Assembly: GCA_036506595.1 (NCBI GenBank)
Contig: DASXRN010000091.1
Location: 1-39,497, forward strand
DNA length: 39,497 nt
Reading direction: 5' to 3'
Source: Polaromonas sp.
GTDB lineage: Bacteria > Pseudomonadota > Gammaproteobacteria > Burkholderiales > Burkholderiaceae_C
Below, piece after piece: positions 30,171-39,497 of the stretch. Both the position numbers and the translations under genes were made by a program. Position 1 is the first letter of the stretch, and the number at the start of each line of letters is the position of its first letter. Under the pieces are notes generated by a model, which had not been told where the DNA came from, did not search any database, and was given only the letters and a program-made list of their open reading frames with translations.

Positions 30171-30317
30171 TTATTTCTTATCCGATTCCGGGTCTGGCAC
30201 AGGGTGCTCCGGATCGCCTTTCAGTTCGCCCTTGTTACGCCCTGAAAACATCGTCCACCACACAATGAATACCAGCAGCAGCAGCGCCCCGAGGGCTTCG
30301 AGCAAGAGTAGGGTCAT
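30171..30317 (-). CDS. 48-aa single-TM small protein
   Basis: RBS AAGGA; MTLLLLEALGALLLLVFIVWWTMFSGRNKGE... with an acidic/proline-rich tail. Confidence 0.7.
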   Translation of the reverse strand: MTLLLLEALGALLLLVFIVWWTMFSGRNKGELKGDPEHPVPDPESDKK

Positions 30318-30366
30318 GACATTTCCTTGGAGGGCCAATACGGGTTCAGTGCGCTCAATAGGCTCA

Positions 30367-31521
30367 ATGCGGCCTTGGCGCTGGGGCTCAATTATCGCCA
30401 TGGCCGCGCTGCTCGCGTCCTGCGCCAGTCCGCCCATGCCCCCATCGCCTGCGTCATCTTCGCCGGCTGGCGCGCCCACGCAGGCCGCCGGCCGACCTGG
30501 CGATGGCGGCCCCTTGCCCGCCCCCCTGCTGCAGGGCAAAAGCCGCTGGGTTCCGGTGCAGTGGGCCGAATTGCCGGGGTTTGAGGACGATGCGCTGTTT
30601 GAGGCCTGGAATGCCTGGCTCAAAAGCTGCGAACGGCCGGGCGCGGCGTTTGCACCTCTGTGCGGCGAAGTCCGGCGCCTGAGCATTGCCTCGGGGGAAG
30701 AGCAGCGCGCCTGGATGACGACCCGGCTGCAGCCTTATCGCGTCGAGACCCTGCAAGGCGCAGCCGATGGGCTGTTGACCAGCTACTACGAACCCGTGCT
30801 GAAGGCGAGCCGACAGCCTGGCGCGGGCTATGAGGTGCCGCTGTACCGCCCGCCTTTATCGCTGGGCAGCCGCAAACCATGGTTTTCGCGGCAGGAAATC
30901 GACACCCTTGCCGAAGCCAAGTCTGCACTGAGGGGCCGCGAGATTGCCTGGCTGGCAGACCCGGTCGAAGCGATGTCGCTACACATTCAGGGCTCAGGCA
31001 GGCTGAACCTGATCGAGCCCGACGGGTCGCAGCGCGTTGTCCGGGTGGCTTATGCCGGCTCCAACGAGCAGCCGTTTCGCAGCGTCACCCAGTGGCTTCA
31101 GGATCAGGGCGAAGGCCGGATGGTGGTGCCCTGGGTGGAGTCAACCAAGGCATGGGCTGCGAAAAATCCGCAGCGCGTGCAGCAAATGCTTTGGAGCAAT
31201 CCGCGCTACACCTTTTTTCAGGAGCAGCCTCTGAGCGATCTTGACGCGGCCTTCGGCCCCAAAGGGGCGCAGGGCGTGGCGCTCACGCCGGGCCGCTCGA
31301 TTGCGGTAGACCCCGGCAGCATTCCCTACGGCACGCCGGTGTGGCTGGCGTCCCGTGGCGCGGCGGCCAATCTGCAAAAACTGGTGTTTGCGCAGGACAC
31401 CGGCAGCGCCATTGTGGGTGGCGTGCGGGCCGACTATTTCGCGGGAACCGGCGCAGAGGCCGGTGAGATGGCCTCGCGCTTTAACCAGCCCTTGCGGCTG
31501 TGGGTTCTCTGGCCCAAGTGA
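30367..31521 (+). CDS. mltA: Membrane-bound lytic murein transglycosylase A
   Basis: Lipobox LASC, TSYYEP, IQGSG, RSIAVD, AQDTGSAIVGGVRADYF (3D domain); start codon uncertain. Confidence 0.93.
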   Translation: MRPWRWGSIIAMAALLASCASPPMPPSPASSSPAGAPTQAAGRPGDGGPLPAPLLQGKSRWVPVQWAELPGFEDDALFEAWNAWLKSCERPGAAFAPLCGEVRRLSIASGEEQRAWMTTRLQPYRVETLQGAADGLLTSYYEPVLKASRQPGAGYEVPLYRPPLSLGSRKPWFSRQEIDTLAEAKSALRGREIAWLADPVEAMSLHIQGSGRLNLIEPDGSQRVVRVAYAGSNEQPFRSVTQWLQDQGEGRMVVPWVESTKAWAAKNPQRVQQMLWSNPRYTFFQEQPLSDLDAAFGPKGAQGVALTPGRSIAVDPGSIPYGTPVWLASRGAAANLQKLVFAQDTGSAIVGGVRADYFAGTGAEAGEMASRFNQPLRLWVLWPK

Positions 31522-31549
31522 GCACGAAGCCATGGCCAAAGGAAGAAGC

Positions 31550-31888
31550 ATGATCAAGCGGACGGGCATGCGCAGGGCGGCGCTGGTCATGTGGACGGCG
31601 GTGTCTGCGCTGGCCGGTTGCGCAGGGAGCACGTGGCAATCCGCGGCGCCGCTTTACCGGTGCGAGCATGGCATTGAGTTCACGGCCCGGTTCATCGATG
31701 ACACCGCAGTGCTGGATGGCACACATGGTTATGACGTGCTGTACCGCGATGCCGGCGGCCAGGGTGAGCAGCAGGCCGTGTACAGCAATCCGCGAATGCG
31801 CGCGGAGTTTGGCCTGGGTGCGAACGGGCGCGAGGCGGTGCTACGCTACCCGCTGCTGCCTCTGGTTGCACGCTGCGTGCGTGACTGA
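31550..31888 (+). CDS. Small lipoprotein, MliC/PliC-like
   Basis: Lipobox LAGC; YRCEHG-x-EFTARF...AVL; second Cys near the C-terminus (VARC); RBS AAGGA; alternative ATG at 31532. Confidence 0.65.
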   Translation: MIKRTGMRRAALVMWTAVSALAGCAGSTWQSAAPLYRCEHGIEFTARFIDDTAVLDGTHGYDVLYRDAGGQGEQQAVYSNPRMRAEFGLGANGREAVLRYPLLPLVARCVRD

Positions 31889-31918
31889 ACTGCGGTGAGC
31901 GGGCGAGCTAATTGCGGC

Positions 31919-32593
31919 TTAGCGTAGCGAGATTCGTACCTCTACCCTCAGCCCTTCCCGGCCGGCGGATTGCGCGTTGCCCTGCAGGCCGCTGCTGCCG
32001 GAGGCGGCCACATCATCCGATTGCGCGACCGCGACCCATTCATTCAACGGCAAAGCCTGTGCGGTGCTGGTGGACGATGATGAAGGCAGTGCTATGCCGG
32101 ACCGCGTGGTTTGCACGGCGGCAAGTTCAAGTTCTGCGCTGTCGCCGCCACCCCAGACCGGGCGCGCTGAAAAGCCGCTGTTGACCTCTATCCATACCGT
32201 TCCAGCGACGTAGCGCACCATGCCGTTTTGCACGAAGGTCTGCACCAGCCGCAAGGGCCTGCTGTTGCCCAGGCTGATGTTGACGTTGCGGCCATTGAGG
32301 ACCAGCACGCGTTGCATCAGGTCGCGTGCATCGTTGCGCTGGCTGTTGTGTGCCGTGATGTTGACGGTGGCGCCGGAGTTGCCGGGCTCCAGGATCACCC
32401 CGCCCTGCGCGCCCAGCGCATTCTGGGACTGGCTGCTGCCCTGCACCTGCCGCACTTCGATCTGGAGGTTGCGCATCGGCAGGGGTTGTTGGTCTGCTAT
32501 TGAATTGATAGCTGGTTGCGCCCGCACAACGGGGACGGGGGCCGTAAAAAGCATCAAGAACACCAGTCCGGCGTGTTTAAGGGCATGCGCCAC
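31919..32593 (-). CDS. Secreted protein resembling an isolated secretin core domain
   Basis: RBS GGAGG + GTG; signal peptide ending VRA-Q; NLQIEVRQV, VLVLNGRNVNISLG, SGFSARP, LPLNEWVAVA. Confidence 0.6.
   Translation of the reverse strand: MAHALKHAGLVFLMLFTAPVPVVRAQPAINSIADQQPLPMRNLQIEVRQVQGSSQSQNALGAQGGVILEPGNSGATVNITAHNSQRNDARDLMQRVLVLNGRNVNISLGNSRPLRLVQTFVQNGMVRYVAGTVWIEVNSGFSARPVWGGGDSAELELAAVQTTRSGIALPSSSSTSTAQALPLNEWVAVAQSDDVAASGSSGLQGNAQSAGREGLRVEVRISLR
32495..32557 (-). repeat. Dispersed palindromic element, copy D (inside CDS, sense)
   Basis: Minus strand: T-tract, GTCC-N9-GGGC, core GCTATCAATTCAATAGC (32496-32512); encodes LMLFTAPVPVVRAQPAINSIA. Confidence 0.8.
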
Positions 32594-32695
32594 GCTGCTT
32601 CCTCCAGTGGGTTGGGCCGGCGCGTCATGGTGACCCCTGCCTGCTGCCCGGTAGCTGGCAGTTTATCAACGAGGAGGCCCAGCCGGCGAGTTGAT

Positions 32696-32758
32696 TGCTA
32701 TTAATTTTATAGCTGTATGTGCCCGACAGATAAGGGGGAGCTGCCATATTTTTCGGCA
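32696..32758 (-). repeat. Dispersed palindromic element, copy E (intergenic)
   Basis: Minus strand: A-tract, CCCC-N9-GGGC, core GCTATAAAATTAATAGC (32697-32713). Confidence 0.8.
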
Positions 32759-32760
32759 TG

Positions 32761-33246
32761 TCAGGGTGCGGTGCGCGCCAGGTGACCCAGTGGCAGGGCG
32801 CTGCTGGCCTTGACCTCGCCGAGCGAAAAACTGGTGTGCAGGTCTTTCACATTGGGCAGGTTGATCAGGTTTTGCAGGGCAAACTTGCTGAAGGCTTCGA
32901 GGTCTTGCGCCACCACCTGCAGCTCAAAGGTGCCAGTGCCGCTGATGTAGTGGCAGGCGATGATTTCGGGCAGCTTTTTGATGGCTTCCTCGAGCTGGCG
33001 CGTGGCGTCGCCGCTGTTGCGGTCGGCATCCAGCCGGACAAAGGCCAGCACGCCCAGGCCGATCTTCTGGCGGTTGATCTCGGCCCGGTAACCGGTGATG
33101 AAACCGGCCTCTTCGAGCGCCCGCACGCGCCGCCAGCAGGGCGCGGCCGACAGGCCCACGCGCGATGCCAGTTCGGTGTTGGTCAGGCGCGCCTCGCTCT
33201 GCAGGGCATTCAGGATGGCGATGTCAAACTTATCTAAAGTGTTCAT
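32761..33246 (-). CDS. Lrp/AsnC family transcriptional regulator
   Basis: LDKFDIAIL...ELASRVGLSAAPCWRRVRALEEAGFITGY; divergent from the oxidoreductase. Confidence 0.95.
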   Translation of the reverse strand: MNTLDKFDIAILNALQSEARLTNTELASRVGLSAAPCWRRVRALEEAGFITGYRAEINRQKIGLGVLAFVRLDADRNSGDATRQLEEAIKKLPEIIACHYISGTGTFELQVVAQDLEAFSKFALQNLINLPNVKDLHTSFSLGEVKASSALPLGHLARTAP

Positions 33247-33429
33247 TTTTCGTATTTTCCAGCAAGATCCTTTCTTTGCATAGCCTAAATCAGGCAAAGA
33301 AAGCAAAGACATATCAGGCTGTCGGGCATACACTTTGCACTCAGTTAGAGGCCTGCCCCTACCCGGGGTTGGGTCTCACTTGGACCTGCCCACAAGGCGG
33401 CATTACAAACAGCCTGGAGACCCACGAAC

Positions 33430-36400
33430 ATGAACGCCCCTCTGCCCGAACACATCCGCAAAGCGCTGGAAACCGTCACGCTTGACGATAAATATTCACT
33501 TGACCATGGCCGGGCCTTCATGAGCGGCGTGCAGGCCCTGGTCCGCCTGCCCATGCTGCAGCGCACGCGCGATGCCATCGCCGGCCTGAACACCGCTGGT
33601 TTTGTCAGCGGCTACCGCGGCTCGCCCCTGGGCGGCTATGACCAGGCCTTGTGGGCCGCCAAAAAGCACCTGGCGGCGCAAAACATCGTGTTCCAGCCCG
33701 GCGTCAATGAAGAGCTGGGCGCCACCGCTGTCTGGGGCACCCAGCAGCTGGACCTCTACCCGCAGAGCAACAAGTTTGATGGCGTGTTTGGCATCTGGTA
33801 CGGCAAGGGCCCGGGCGTGGACCGCTGCTCGGACGTGTTCAAGCATGCCAATATGGCGGGCACCGCCAGACACGGTGGCGTGATCGCCATTGCCGGCGAC
33901 GACCATGTGTCCAAGAGCTCGACCGCGGCGCACCAGAGCGACCACATCTTCAAGGCCTGCGGCCTGCCGGTGTTTTTCCCGTCCAATGTGCAGGACATCC
34001 TCGACATGGGGCTGCATGCCTTTGCCATGAGCCGCTTTTCGGGCGTTTGGTCGGGCATGAAAACCATCCAGGAAGTGGTGGAGTCGTCGAGCTCCGTCTC
34101 GGTTGATCCGGACCGCGTGAAGATCATCATTCCCGAAGACTTCCAGATGCCGCCCGGTGGTCTGCACATTCGCTGGCCCGACCCTCCGCTGGAGCAGGAA
34201 GCGCGCCTGATGGACTACAAATGGTATGCCGCGCTGGCCTATATCCGCGCCAACAAGCTCAACTACAACGTGATTGCTGGGCCCAAGGACCGCTTCGGCA
34301 TCATCGCCAGCGGCAAGGCCTTCAACGACACCCGCCAGGCACTGGTTGATCTGGGGCTGGACGAAGACACCTGCCACCAGCTGGGCATACGCCTGCACAA
34401 GGTCAACGTGGTCTGGCCGCTGGAAGCCACCATCACGCGCGACTTTGCCGAAGGCCTGCAAGAGATTCTGGTGGTGGAAGAAAAACGCCAGGTCATCGAG
34501 TACCAGCTCAAGGAAGAACTCTACAACTGGCGTGCCGACGTCAGGCCGAATGTGCTGGGCAAGTTTGACGAACCCGAGGGCGATGCCTCGGGCGGCGAAT
34601 GGTCCATGCCCAACCCGAGCGAAAACTGGCTGTTGCGCGCCAAGGCCGACCTGACGCCCGCCATCATCGCCAAGGCGATTGCCAAGCGCCTGAAAAAGCT
34701 GGGCGTGCCCGCCGACATCATCGCGCGCATGGAAACGCGGCTGGCGATCATCGAGGCGCGCGAACGCGCCATGGCCAGCATCAGCCTTGACACCGGCGAG
34801 CGCGCCCCCTGGTTTTGCAGCGGCTGCCCGCACAACACCAGCACGCGTGTGCCCGAAGGTTCGCGCGCCGTGGCCGGCATTGGCTGCCACTACATGGCCA
34901 CCTGGATGGACCGCTCGACCTCCACCTTCACCCAGATGGGCGGCGAAGGCGTGACCTGGGTCGGCCAGTCCGCCTTCACGACCGACCAGCACGTCTTTGC
35001 CAACCTGGGCGACGGCACCTACTTTCACAGCGGCCTGCTGGCAATCCGTCAGAGCATTGCCGCGGGTGTCAACATCACCTACAAGGTCCTCTACAACGAT
35101 GCCGTCGCCATGACGGGCGGCCAGCAGGTGGGCGAGCGGCCCGAGGGCCATTCGGTGCTGCAGATCGCTCACAGCCTGCAGGCCGAGGGCGTGGTCAAAA
35201 TGGTCGTGGTCACGGACGAACCGCAGAAGTACAGCGGCCGGGGCGCGACCGGCTCGGCCCGGCCGGCAGGCTCCGCGCATCCCGAACTGGTCATGGAATT
35301 GCCGCCTGGCGTGACGGTGCACCACCGCGATGAACTCGACCGCATCCAGCGCGAGTTTCGCGAGCTCAAGGGCACGAGCATCATCATCTACGACCAGACC
35401 TGCGCCACCGAAAAGCGCCGCCGCCGCAAGCGCGGCACCCTGGCCACGCCCGACAAGACGGTGGTGATCAACGAACTGGTGTGCGAGGGCTGTGGTGATT
35501 GCTCGGTGCAGTCCAACTGCCTGTCGGTGGAGCCGCTGGAAACCGAGTTTGGCCGCAAGCGCCGCATCAACCAGAACAGCTGCAACAAGGATTACTCCTG
35601 CGTCAATGGTTTTTGCCCCAGCTTTGTGACCGTTGAAGGGGGCAGTCTCAAGAAGCCCAAGAAGGAAAAAAAGGGCGGCTTGAGCGGACTGCCGGAGATT
35701 CCCGAGCCCATGCTGCCGCTGGCTGAAAGCGCCTGGGGCATTGTGGTCGGGGGCGTAGGCGGCACCGGTGTGATTACCATCGGCCAGTTGCTGGGCATGG
35801 CCGCCCATCTGGAAGGCAAGGGCGTCGTGACCCAGGATGCCGGTGGGCTGGCGCAAAAAGGCGGAGCCACCTGGAGCCACATCCAGATTGCCAACCGGCC
35901 CGAGGCCATCTACACCACCAAGGTGGACACCGCGAAAGCCGATCTGGTGATCGGCTGCGACCCGATTGTGGCCGCCAGCAAGTACACGCTGACGGTCATG
36001 CAGCCCGGCCGTACTTATGTGGCGATGAATTCCCACGGCACGCCGACGGCAGCGTTTGTCTCCGATCCCAACTGGCAATTCCCCGGTGGCAATTGCGAGA
36101 GCGCGGTCACTGCGGCGGTGGGCGCGGAACTGATGGGCGCTTTTGACGCCGAGCAGGTGGCGGTGCAGATGATTGGCGACTCGATTTACACCAACCCCCT
36201 GATGCTGGGCTTTGCCTGGCAAAAAGGCCGGGTGCCGCTGTCGCATGCAGCGCTGATGCGCGCGATTGAACTCAATGGCGTGCAGGTTGACAACAACAAG
36301 GCGGCCTTTGAATGGGGTCGTCGCTGCGCTCACGATCTGGCTGCGGTACAGGCCTTGTTCAAGGCCGCGCAAGTGATCGAATTTGTGAAAAAACCGTCCC

Positions 36401-37050
36401 TGACCGAGATGCTGGCCAAGCGGGTGGATTTCCTGACGGCCTACCAGAACGCGGCCTACGCGAAAACCTACCAGGCTTTCGTGGACAAGGTGCGCGCGGT
36501 GGAAGCGCCTCTGGGCAAGACCACGCTGACCGAGGCCGTGGCCCGTTACCTCTTTAAGCTCATGGCCTACAAGGACGAATACGAGGTGGCTCGCCTGCAC
36601 ACCGATGCCGGTTTCCATGCCAAGCTCAATGCCATGTTTGAAGGTGACTTCAAGCTCAACTACCACTTGGCACCGCCCCTGATTGCGTCCAAAAACGACA
36701 AGGGCGAGCTGCAAAAGCAGAAATTCGGCCCCTGGATGCTGACCGGCTTCAAGCTGCTGGCCCGGCTCAAGGGCTTGCGCGGCACGCCGCTGGATGTGTT
36801 TGGCCGCACCGAGGAGCGCAAGATGGAGCGCGCCTTGATCGACGAATACAAGGCCAGCCTGGAGGAAGTGCTGGCTGGCCTGACCGCCGAAAACCATGTC
36901 ATTGCCCTGGAAATTGCCCGCATTCCCGAGCTGATCAAAGGTTATGGTCATGTCAAGGAGCGCCATCTGAAGGCGGCGCGGCCGCAATGGGCCGCGCTGA
37001 TGCAGTCTTTCCGCCAGCCCGGGGCCGCCGTCGAAAAGCGGGCCGCATAA
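33430..37050 (+). CDS. Fused indolepyruvate:ferredoxin oxidoreductase family protein
   Basis: SGYRGSPLG, FCSGCPHN, TPP motif GDGT...YNDAVAMTGGQ, CEGCGDC ferredoxin, GVGGTGV. Confidence 0.94.
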   Translation: MNAPLPEHIRKALETVTLDDKYSLDHGRAFMSGVQALVRLPMLQRTRDAIAGLNTAGFVSGYRGSPLGGYDQALWAAKKHLAAQNIVFQPGVNEELGATAVWGTQQLDLYPQSNKFDGVFGIWYGKGPGVDRCSDVFKHANMAGTARHGGVIAIAGDDHVSKSSTAAHQSDHIFKACGLPVFFPSNVQDILDMGLHAFAMSRFSGVWSGMKTIQEVVESSSSVSVDPDRVKIIIPEDFQMPPGGLHIRWPDPPLEQEARLMDYKWYAALAYIRANKLNYNVIAGPKDRFGIIASGKAFNDTRQALVDLGLDEDTCHQLGIRLHKVNVVWPLEATITRDFAEGLQEILVVEEKRQVIEYQLKEELYNWRADVRPNVLGKFDEPEGDASGGEWSMPNPSENWLLRAKADLTPAIIAKAIAKRLKKLGVPADIIARMETRLAIIEARERAMASISLDTGERAPWFCSGCPHNTSTRVPEGSRAVAGIGCHYMATWMDRSTSTFTQMGGEGVTWVGQSAFTTDQHVFANLGDGTYFHSGLLAIRQSIAAGVNITYKVLYNDAVAMTGGQQVGERPEGHSVLQIAHSLQAEGVVKMVVVTDEPQKYSGRGATGSARPAGSAHPELVMELPPGVTVHHRDELDRIQREFRELKGTSIIIYDQTCATEKRRRRKRGTLATPDKTVVINELVCEGCGDCSVQSNCLSVEPLETEFGRKRRINQNSCNKDYSCVNGFCPSFVTVEGGSLKKPKKEKKGGLSGLPEIPEPMLPLAESAWGIVVGGVGGTGVITIGQLLGMAAHLEGKGVVTQDAGGLAQKGGATWSHIQIANRPEAIYTTKVDTAKADLVIGCDPIVAASKYTLTVMQPGRTYVAMNSHGTPTAAFVSDPNWQFPGGNCESAVTAAVGAELMGAFDAEQVAVQMIGDSIYTNPLMLGFAWQKGRVPLSHAALMRAIELNGVQVDNNKAAFEWGRRCAHDLAAVQALFKAAQVIEFVKKPSLTEMLAKRVDFLTAYQNAAYAKTYQAFVDKVRAVEAPLGKTTLTEAVARYLFKLMAYKDEYEVARLHTDAGFHAKLNAMFEGDFKLNYHLAPPLIASKNDKGELQKQKFGPWMLTGFKLLARLKGLRGTPLDVFGRTEERKMERALIDEYKASLEEVLAGLTAENHVIALEIARIPELIKGYGHVKERHLKAARPQWAALMQSFRQPGAAVEKRAA

Positions 37051-37278
37051 ACCCTGTGCGCCTGGGCAGCCGCCCGGTGCGCGCTAGTGCAGAGCTTTCT
37101 AAAGTACGGCGGGCTGTCAAGGCCCGCGATCCGCGCGTAAACCCGGCTTGAAAATGGCCGGGAACGCGCCATTTACAGCTTCCTGTGGCCGCCCGCCGCA
37201 TACAATCAAGGACTTTGTGCTCTGGCCCTGGGGTCGGAGCGCGTGCCCGTTTTTCTTTCAATCGTTGTGGAGTTAGCC

Positions 37279-37626
37279 GTGTTCATTTCTTCTGCTTTTG
37301 CCCAAACCGCTCCCGCTGCCGCCGCCGGTGGTAGTGACATGCTGTCCTCGCTGACCGGCATGTTGCCCCTGGTCTTGATGTTTGTGGTGCTGTACTTTGT
37401 GATGATTCGCCCACAAATGAAGAAGCAGAAAGAGCACCGCACCATGGTTGAGGCGCTGGCCAAGGGCGATGAAGTGGCCACCGCGGGCGGCTTGCTCGGC
37501 AAGGTCACCAAGCTCGGTGACGCCTACTTGACGCTTGAACTGGCCCCCGGCGTTGAAGTGCAGCTGCAGCGCAGCGCCATCGTCCAGGTGCTGCCCAAGG
37601 GCGCGATCAGTACCGCCGCCAAATAA
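37279..37626 (+). CDS. yajC: Preprotein translocase subunit YajC
   Basis: YFVMIRPQMKKQKEH, LAKGDEVATAGGLLGKV; RBS GGAG + GTG. Confidence 0.96.
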   Translation: MFISSAFAQTAPAAAAGGSDMLSSLTGMLPLVLMFVVLYFVMIRPQMKKQKEHRTMVEALAKGDEVATAGGLLGKVTKLGDAYLTLELAPGVEVQLQRSAIVQVLPKGAISTAAK

Positions 37627-37722
37627 GCCAGGCGCTCATAAAGGCGTTAATAGGGCCTTGACGGCCCGCTGAGGCCAGCAAGGCCTCACATCGTTCATCC
37701 GTCCACCAGAAGCAGCCCCCTC

Positions 37723-39497
37723 ATGAATCGTTATCCGGCCTGGAAGTACGCCCTTATTGTGGCCCTGCTATTGATTGCAGCCCTGTACACGCTGCCCAAC
37801 TTCTTCGGTGAAGCGCCGGCGGTACAGGTCTCCAGCAGCAAGTCCACCGTCAAAATTGACCGCACGACCATGGCCCGGGTGGAGCAGGCGCTCAAGGATG
37901 TGGGCATTGTGGCCGATGCCATCACCCTGGAAGGTAATTCCATCAAAGCGCGTTTTGGCGATACCGATACGCAGCTGAAAGCCAAGGATGCGGTGCAGAA
38001 GGTGCTGGCACCCGATGCCGCGGATTCTGCCTACGTGATCGCCCTGAACCTGCTGTCACGCTCGCCCAGCTGGCTGACTTCGCTGAACGCTTTCCCCATG
38101 TACCTGGGACTGGATTTGCGCGGCGGTGTGCACTTTATGTTGCAGGTGGACATGCAGGCCGCGCTGACCAAGCGGGCCGAATCCCTGGCCGGTGACATCC
38201 GCATGTCGCTGCGGGAAAAAAATATCCGGCACAGCGGTATCAGCCGCAACGCCCAGGCCATCGAGATCAAGTTCCGCGATTCCGCCACACTGGCCTCCGC
38301 CAAGGCGCTGATCCAGGACCAGTTCCCGGATCTCCAGAGCGTCGATGTGCCCGAAGGCACGGACTACAAGTTGACGGCCAGCATCAAGCCCGAGGCGGCG
38401 CGCCGTATCCAGGACCAGGCCCTCAAGCAGAACATGGTGACGCTGCACAACCGGATCAACGAACTGGGCGTGGCCGAGCCGGTGATTCAGCAGCAGGGCG
38501 TGGACCGCATCGTCGTGCAGCTGCCCGGCGTGCAGGACACGGCCAAGGCCAAGGACATTCTCGGGCGCACGGCCACGCTGGAGATGCGCCTGGTGGAGGA
38601 CGGTGCCGAGGCGCGCGCCGCCGAGAACAACACCGGCGCCGTGCCGTTTGGCGCGGAGCGCTTTTTCGAGCGCAACGGGCAGGCGGTGATCGTCAAGAGG
38701 CAAGTGATTTTGACCGGCGAAAACCTGACGGATGCGCAAGCCGGCTTTGATTCCCAGACGCAGCAGCCCAAGGTAGACCTGACCGTCGATGCCAAGGGCG
38801 GACGCATCATGCGCGATACCAGCCGCGAAAACCTCAAGAAGCGCATGGCCATCCTGCTGTTTGAAAAAGGCAAGGGTGAGGTGCTGACGGCGCCGGTGAT
38901 CCAGAGCGAACTGGGCAACCGCTTCCAGATCTCGGGTTCCATGAGCGTGAACGAAGCCAGTGACCTGGCGCTGCTGCTGCGCGCCGGTTCGCTGGCCGCT
39001 CCCATGGAAATCATTGAAGAGCGCACGATTGGCCCGACGCTGGGTGCCGACAATATTTCCAAGGGCTTTCACAGCGTGTCCTGGGGCTTTCTGGTGATTG
39101 TTGCCTTCATGGCGGCTTATTACATGCTGTTTGGCCTGTTTTCGGGCCTGGCGCTGGCCGTCAACCTGCTGCTGCTGGTGGCGGTGCTGTCCATGCTGCA
39201 GGCGACCTTGACCTTGCCGGGCATGGCCGCCATGGCGCTGGCGCTGGGCATGGCCATTGACTCCAATGTGCTGATCAATGAACGTGTGCGCGAAGAGTTG
39301 CGCAACGGGTCCTCCGCGCAGGCGGCGATTCATGCCGGTTATGAGCGGGCCTGGGCAACCATTCTGGACTCCAACACCTCGACGCTGATTGTGGGCCTGG
39401 CCTTGCTGGCCTTTGGCTCCGGGCCGGTGCGTGGTTTTGCCGTGGTGCATTGCATCGGCATTTTGACCAGCATGTTCTCGGCGGTATTTTTCTCGCG
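37723..39497 (+). CDS. secD: Protein translocase subunit SecD (3'-truncated by window edge)
   Basis: MNRYPAWKY, MYLGLDLRGGVHF, RINELGVAEP, IVVQLPG, GMAIDSNVLINERVREE; frame open to the end of the window. Confidence 0.97.
   Translation, partial: MNRYPAWKYALIVALLLIAALYTLPNFFGEAPAVQVSSSKSTVKIDRTTMARVEQALKDVGIVADAITLEGNSIKARFGDTDTQLKAKDAVQKVLAPDAADSAYVIALNLLSRSPSWLTSLNAFPMYLGLDLRGGVHFMLQVDMQAALTKRAESLAGDIRMSLREKNIRHSGISRNAQAIEIKFRDSATLASAKALIQDQFPDLQSVDVPEGTDYKLTASIKPEAARRIQDQALKQNMVTLHNRINELGVAEPVIQQQGVDRIVVQLPGVQDTAKAKDILGRTATLEMRLVEDGAEARAAENNTGAVPFGAERFFERNGQAVIVKRQVILTGENLTDAQAGFDSQTQQPKVDLTVDAKGGRIMRDTSRENLKKRMAILLFEKGKGEVLTAPVIQSELGNRFQISGSMSVNEASDLALLLRAGSLAAPMEIIEERTIGPTLGADNISKGFHSVSWGFLVIVAFMAAYYMLFGLFSGLALAVNLLLLVAVLSMLQATLTLPGMAAMALALGMAIDSNVLINERVREELRNGSSAQAAIHAGYERAWATILDSNTSTLIVGLALLAFGSGPVRGFAVVHCIGILTSMFSAVFFS

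Noticed and set aside
35236-35300. Apparent ~20-aa loop insertion in the oxidoreductase
   Set aside because: No repeat core or intein motif; likely a variable loop.
33496-36987. 1163-aa antisense ORF (also 4238-5965, 10567-11925, 13672-15135, 20837-22378, 27192-29042, 38056-39450)
   Set aside because: Shadow frames of well-supported genes in high-GC DNA; no recognisable motifs.
37653-37688. Twin hairpins between yajC and secD as a terminator
   Set aside because: No U-tract, and the genes are normally co-transcribed; at most a stability element.
37765-37785. GCTATTGATTGCAGC in secD as a sixth repeat copy
   Set aside because: 15-bp rather than 17-bp spacing and no flanking GCCC-N9-GGGC module.

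Overview
High-GC betaproteobacterial chromosome segment. Gene content and protein style suggest Comamonadaceae (Polaromonas/Rhodoferax-like); this is an inference. Mostly housekeeping genes: purB, GST, glutathione peroxidase, ferritin-like di-iron protein + rfaE2, a tripartite RND pump, glnE, yhdP, Nit-type amidase, PAS kinase/FixJ-type regulator, mltA, Lrp, fused indolepyruvate:ferredoxin oxidoreductase, yajC, and secD (runs off the end; absent from the ORF track). No rRNA, tRNA, CRISPR or transposase seen. Main finds: (1) A dispersed ~63-bp element with a 17-bp GCTAT-N7-(A/G)TAGC palindromic core occurs five times. Three copies sit just behind stop codons in the same relative orientation. 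Two are translated in frame, supplying the membrane anchor of the RND adaptor and most of the signal peptide of a secreted protein. (2) A minimal thioester-reductase/ACP/ketosynthase cassette lies directly behind the RND operon. (3) Three genes are broken by single-base insertions: a racemase stub, an FAH-family hydratase, and a DUF1365 stub that ends next to a repeat copy. (4) An MliC-like lipoprotein follows mltA. (5) A stand-alone secretin-core-like protein has no secretion-system partners here.
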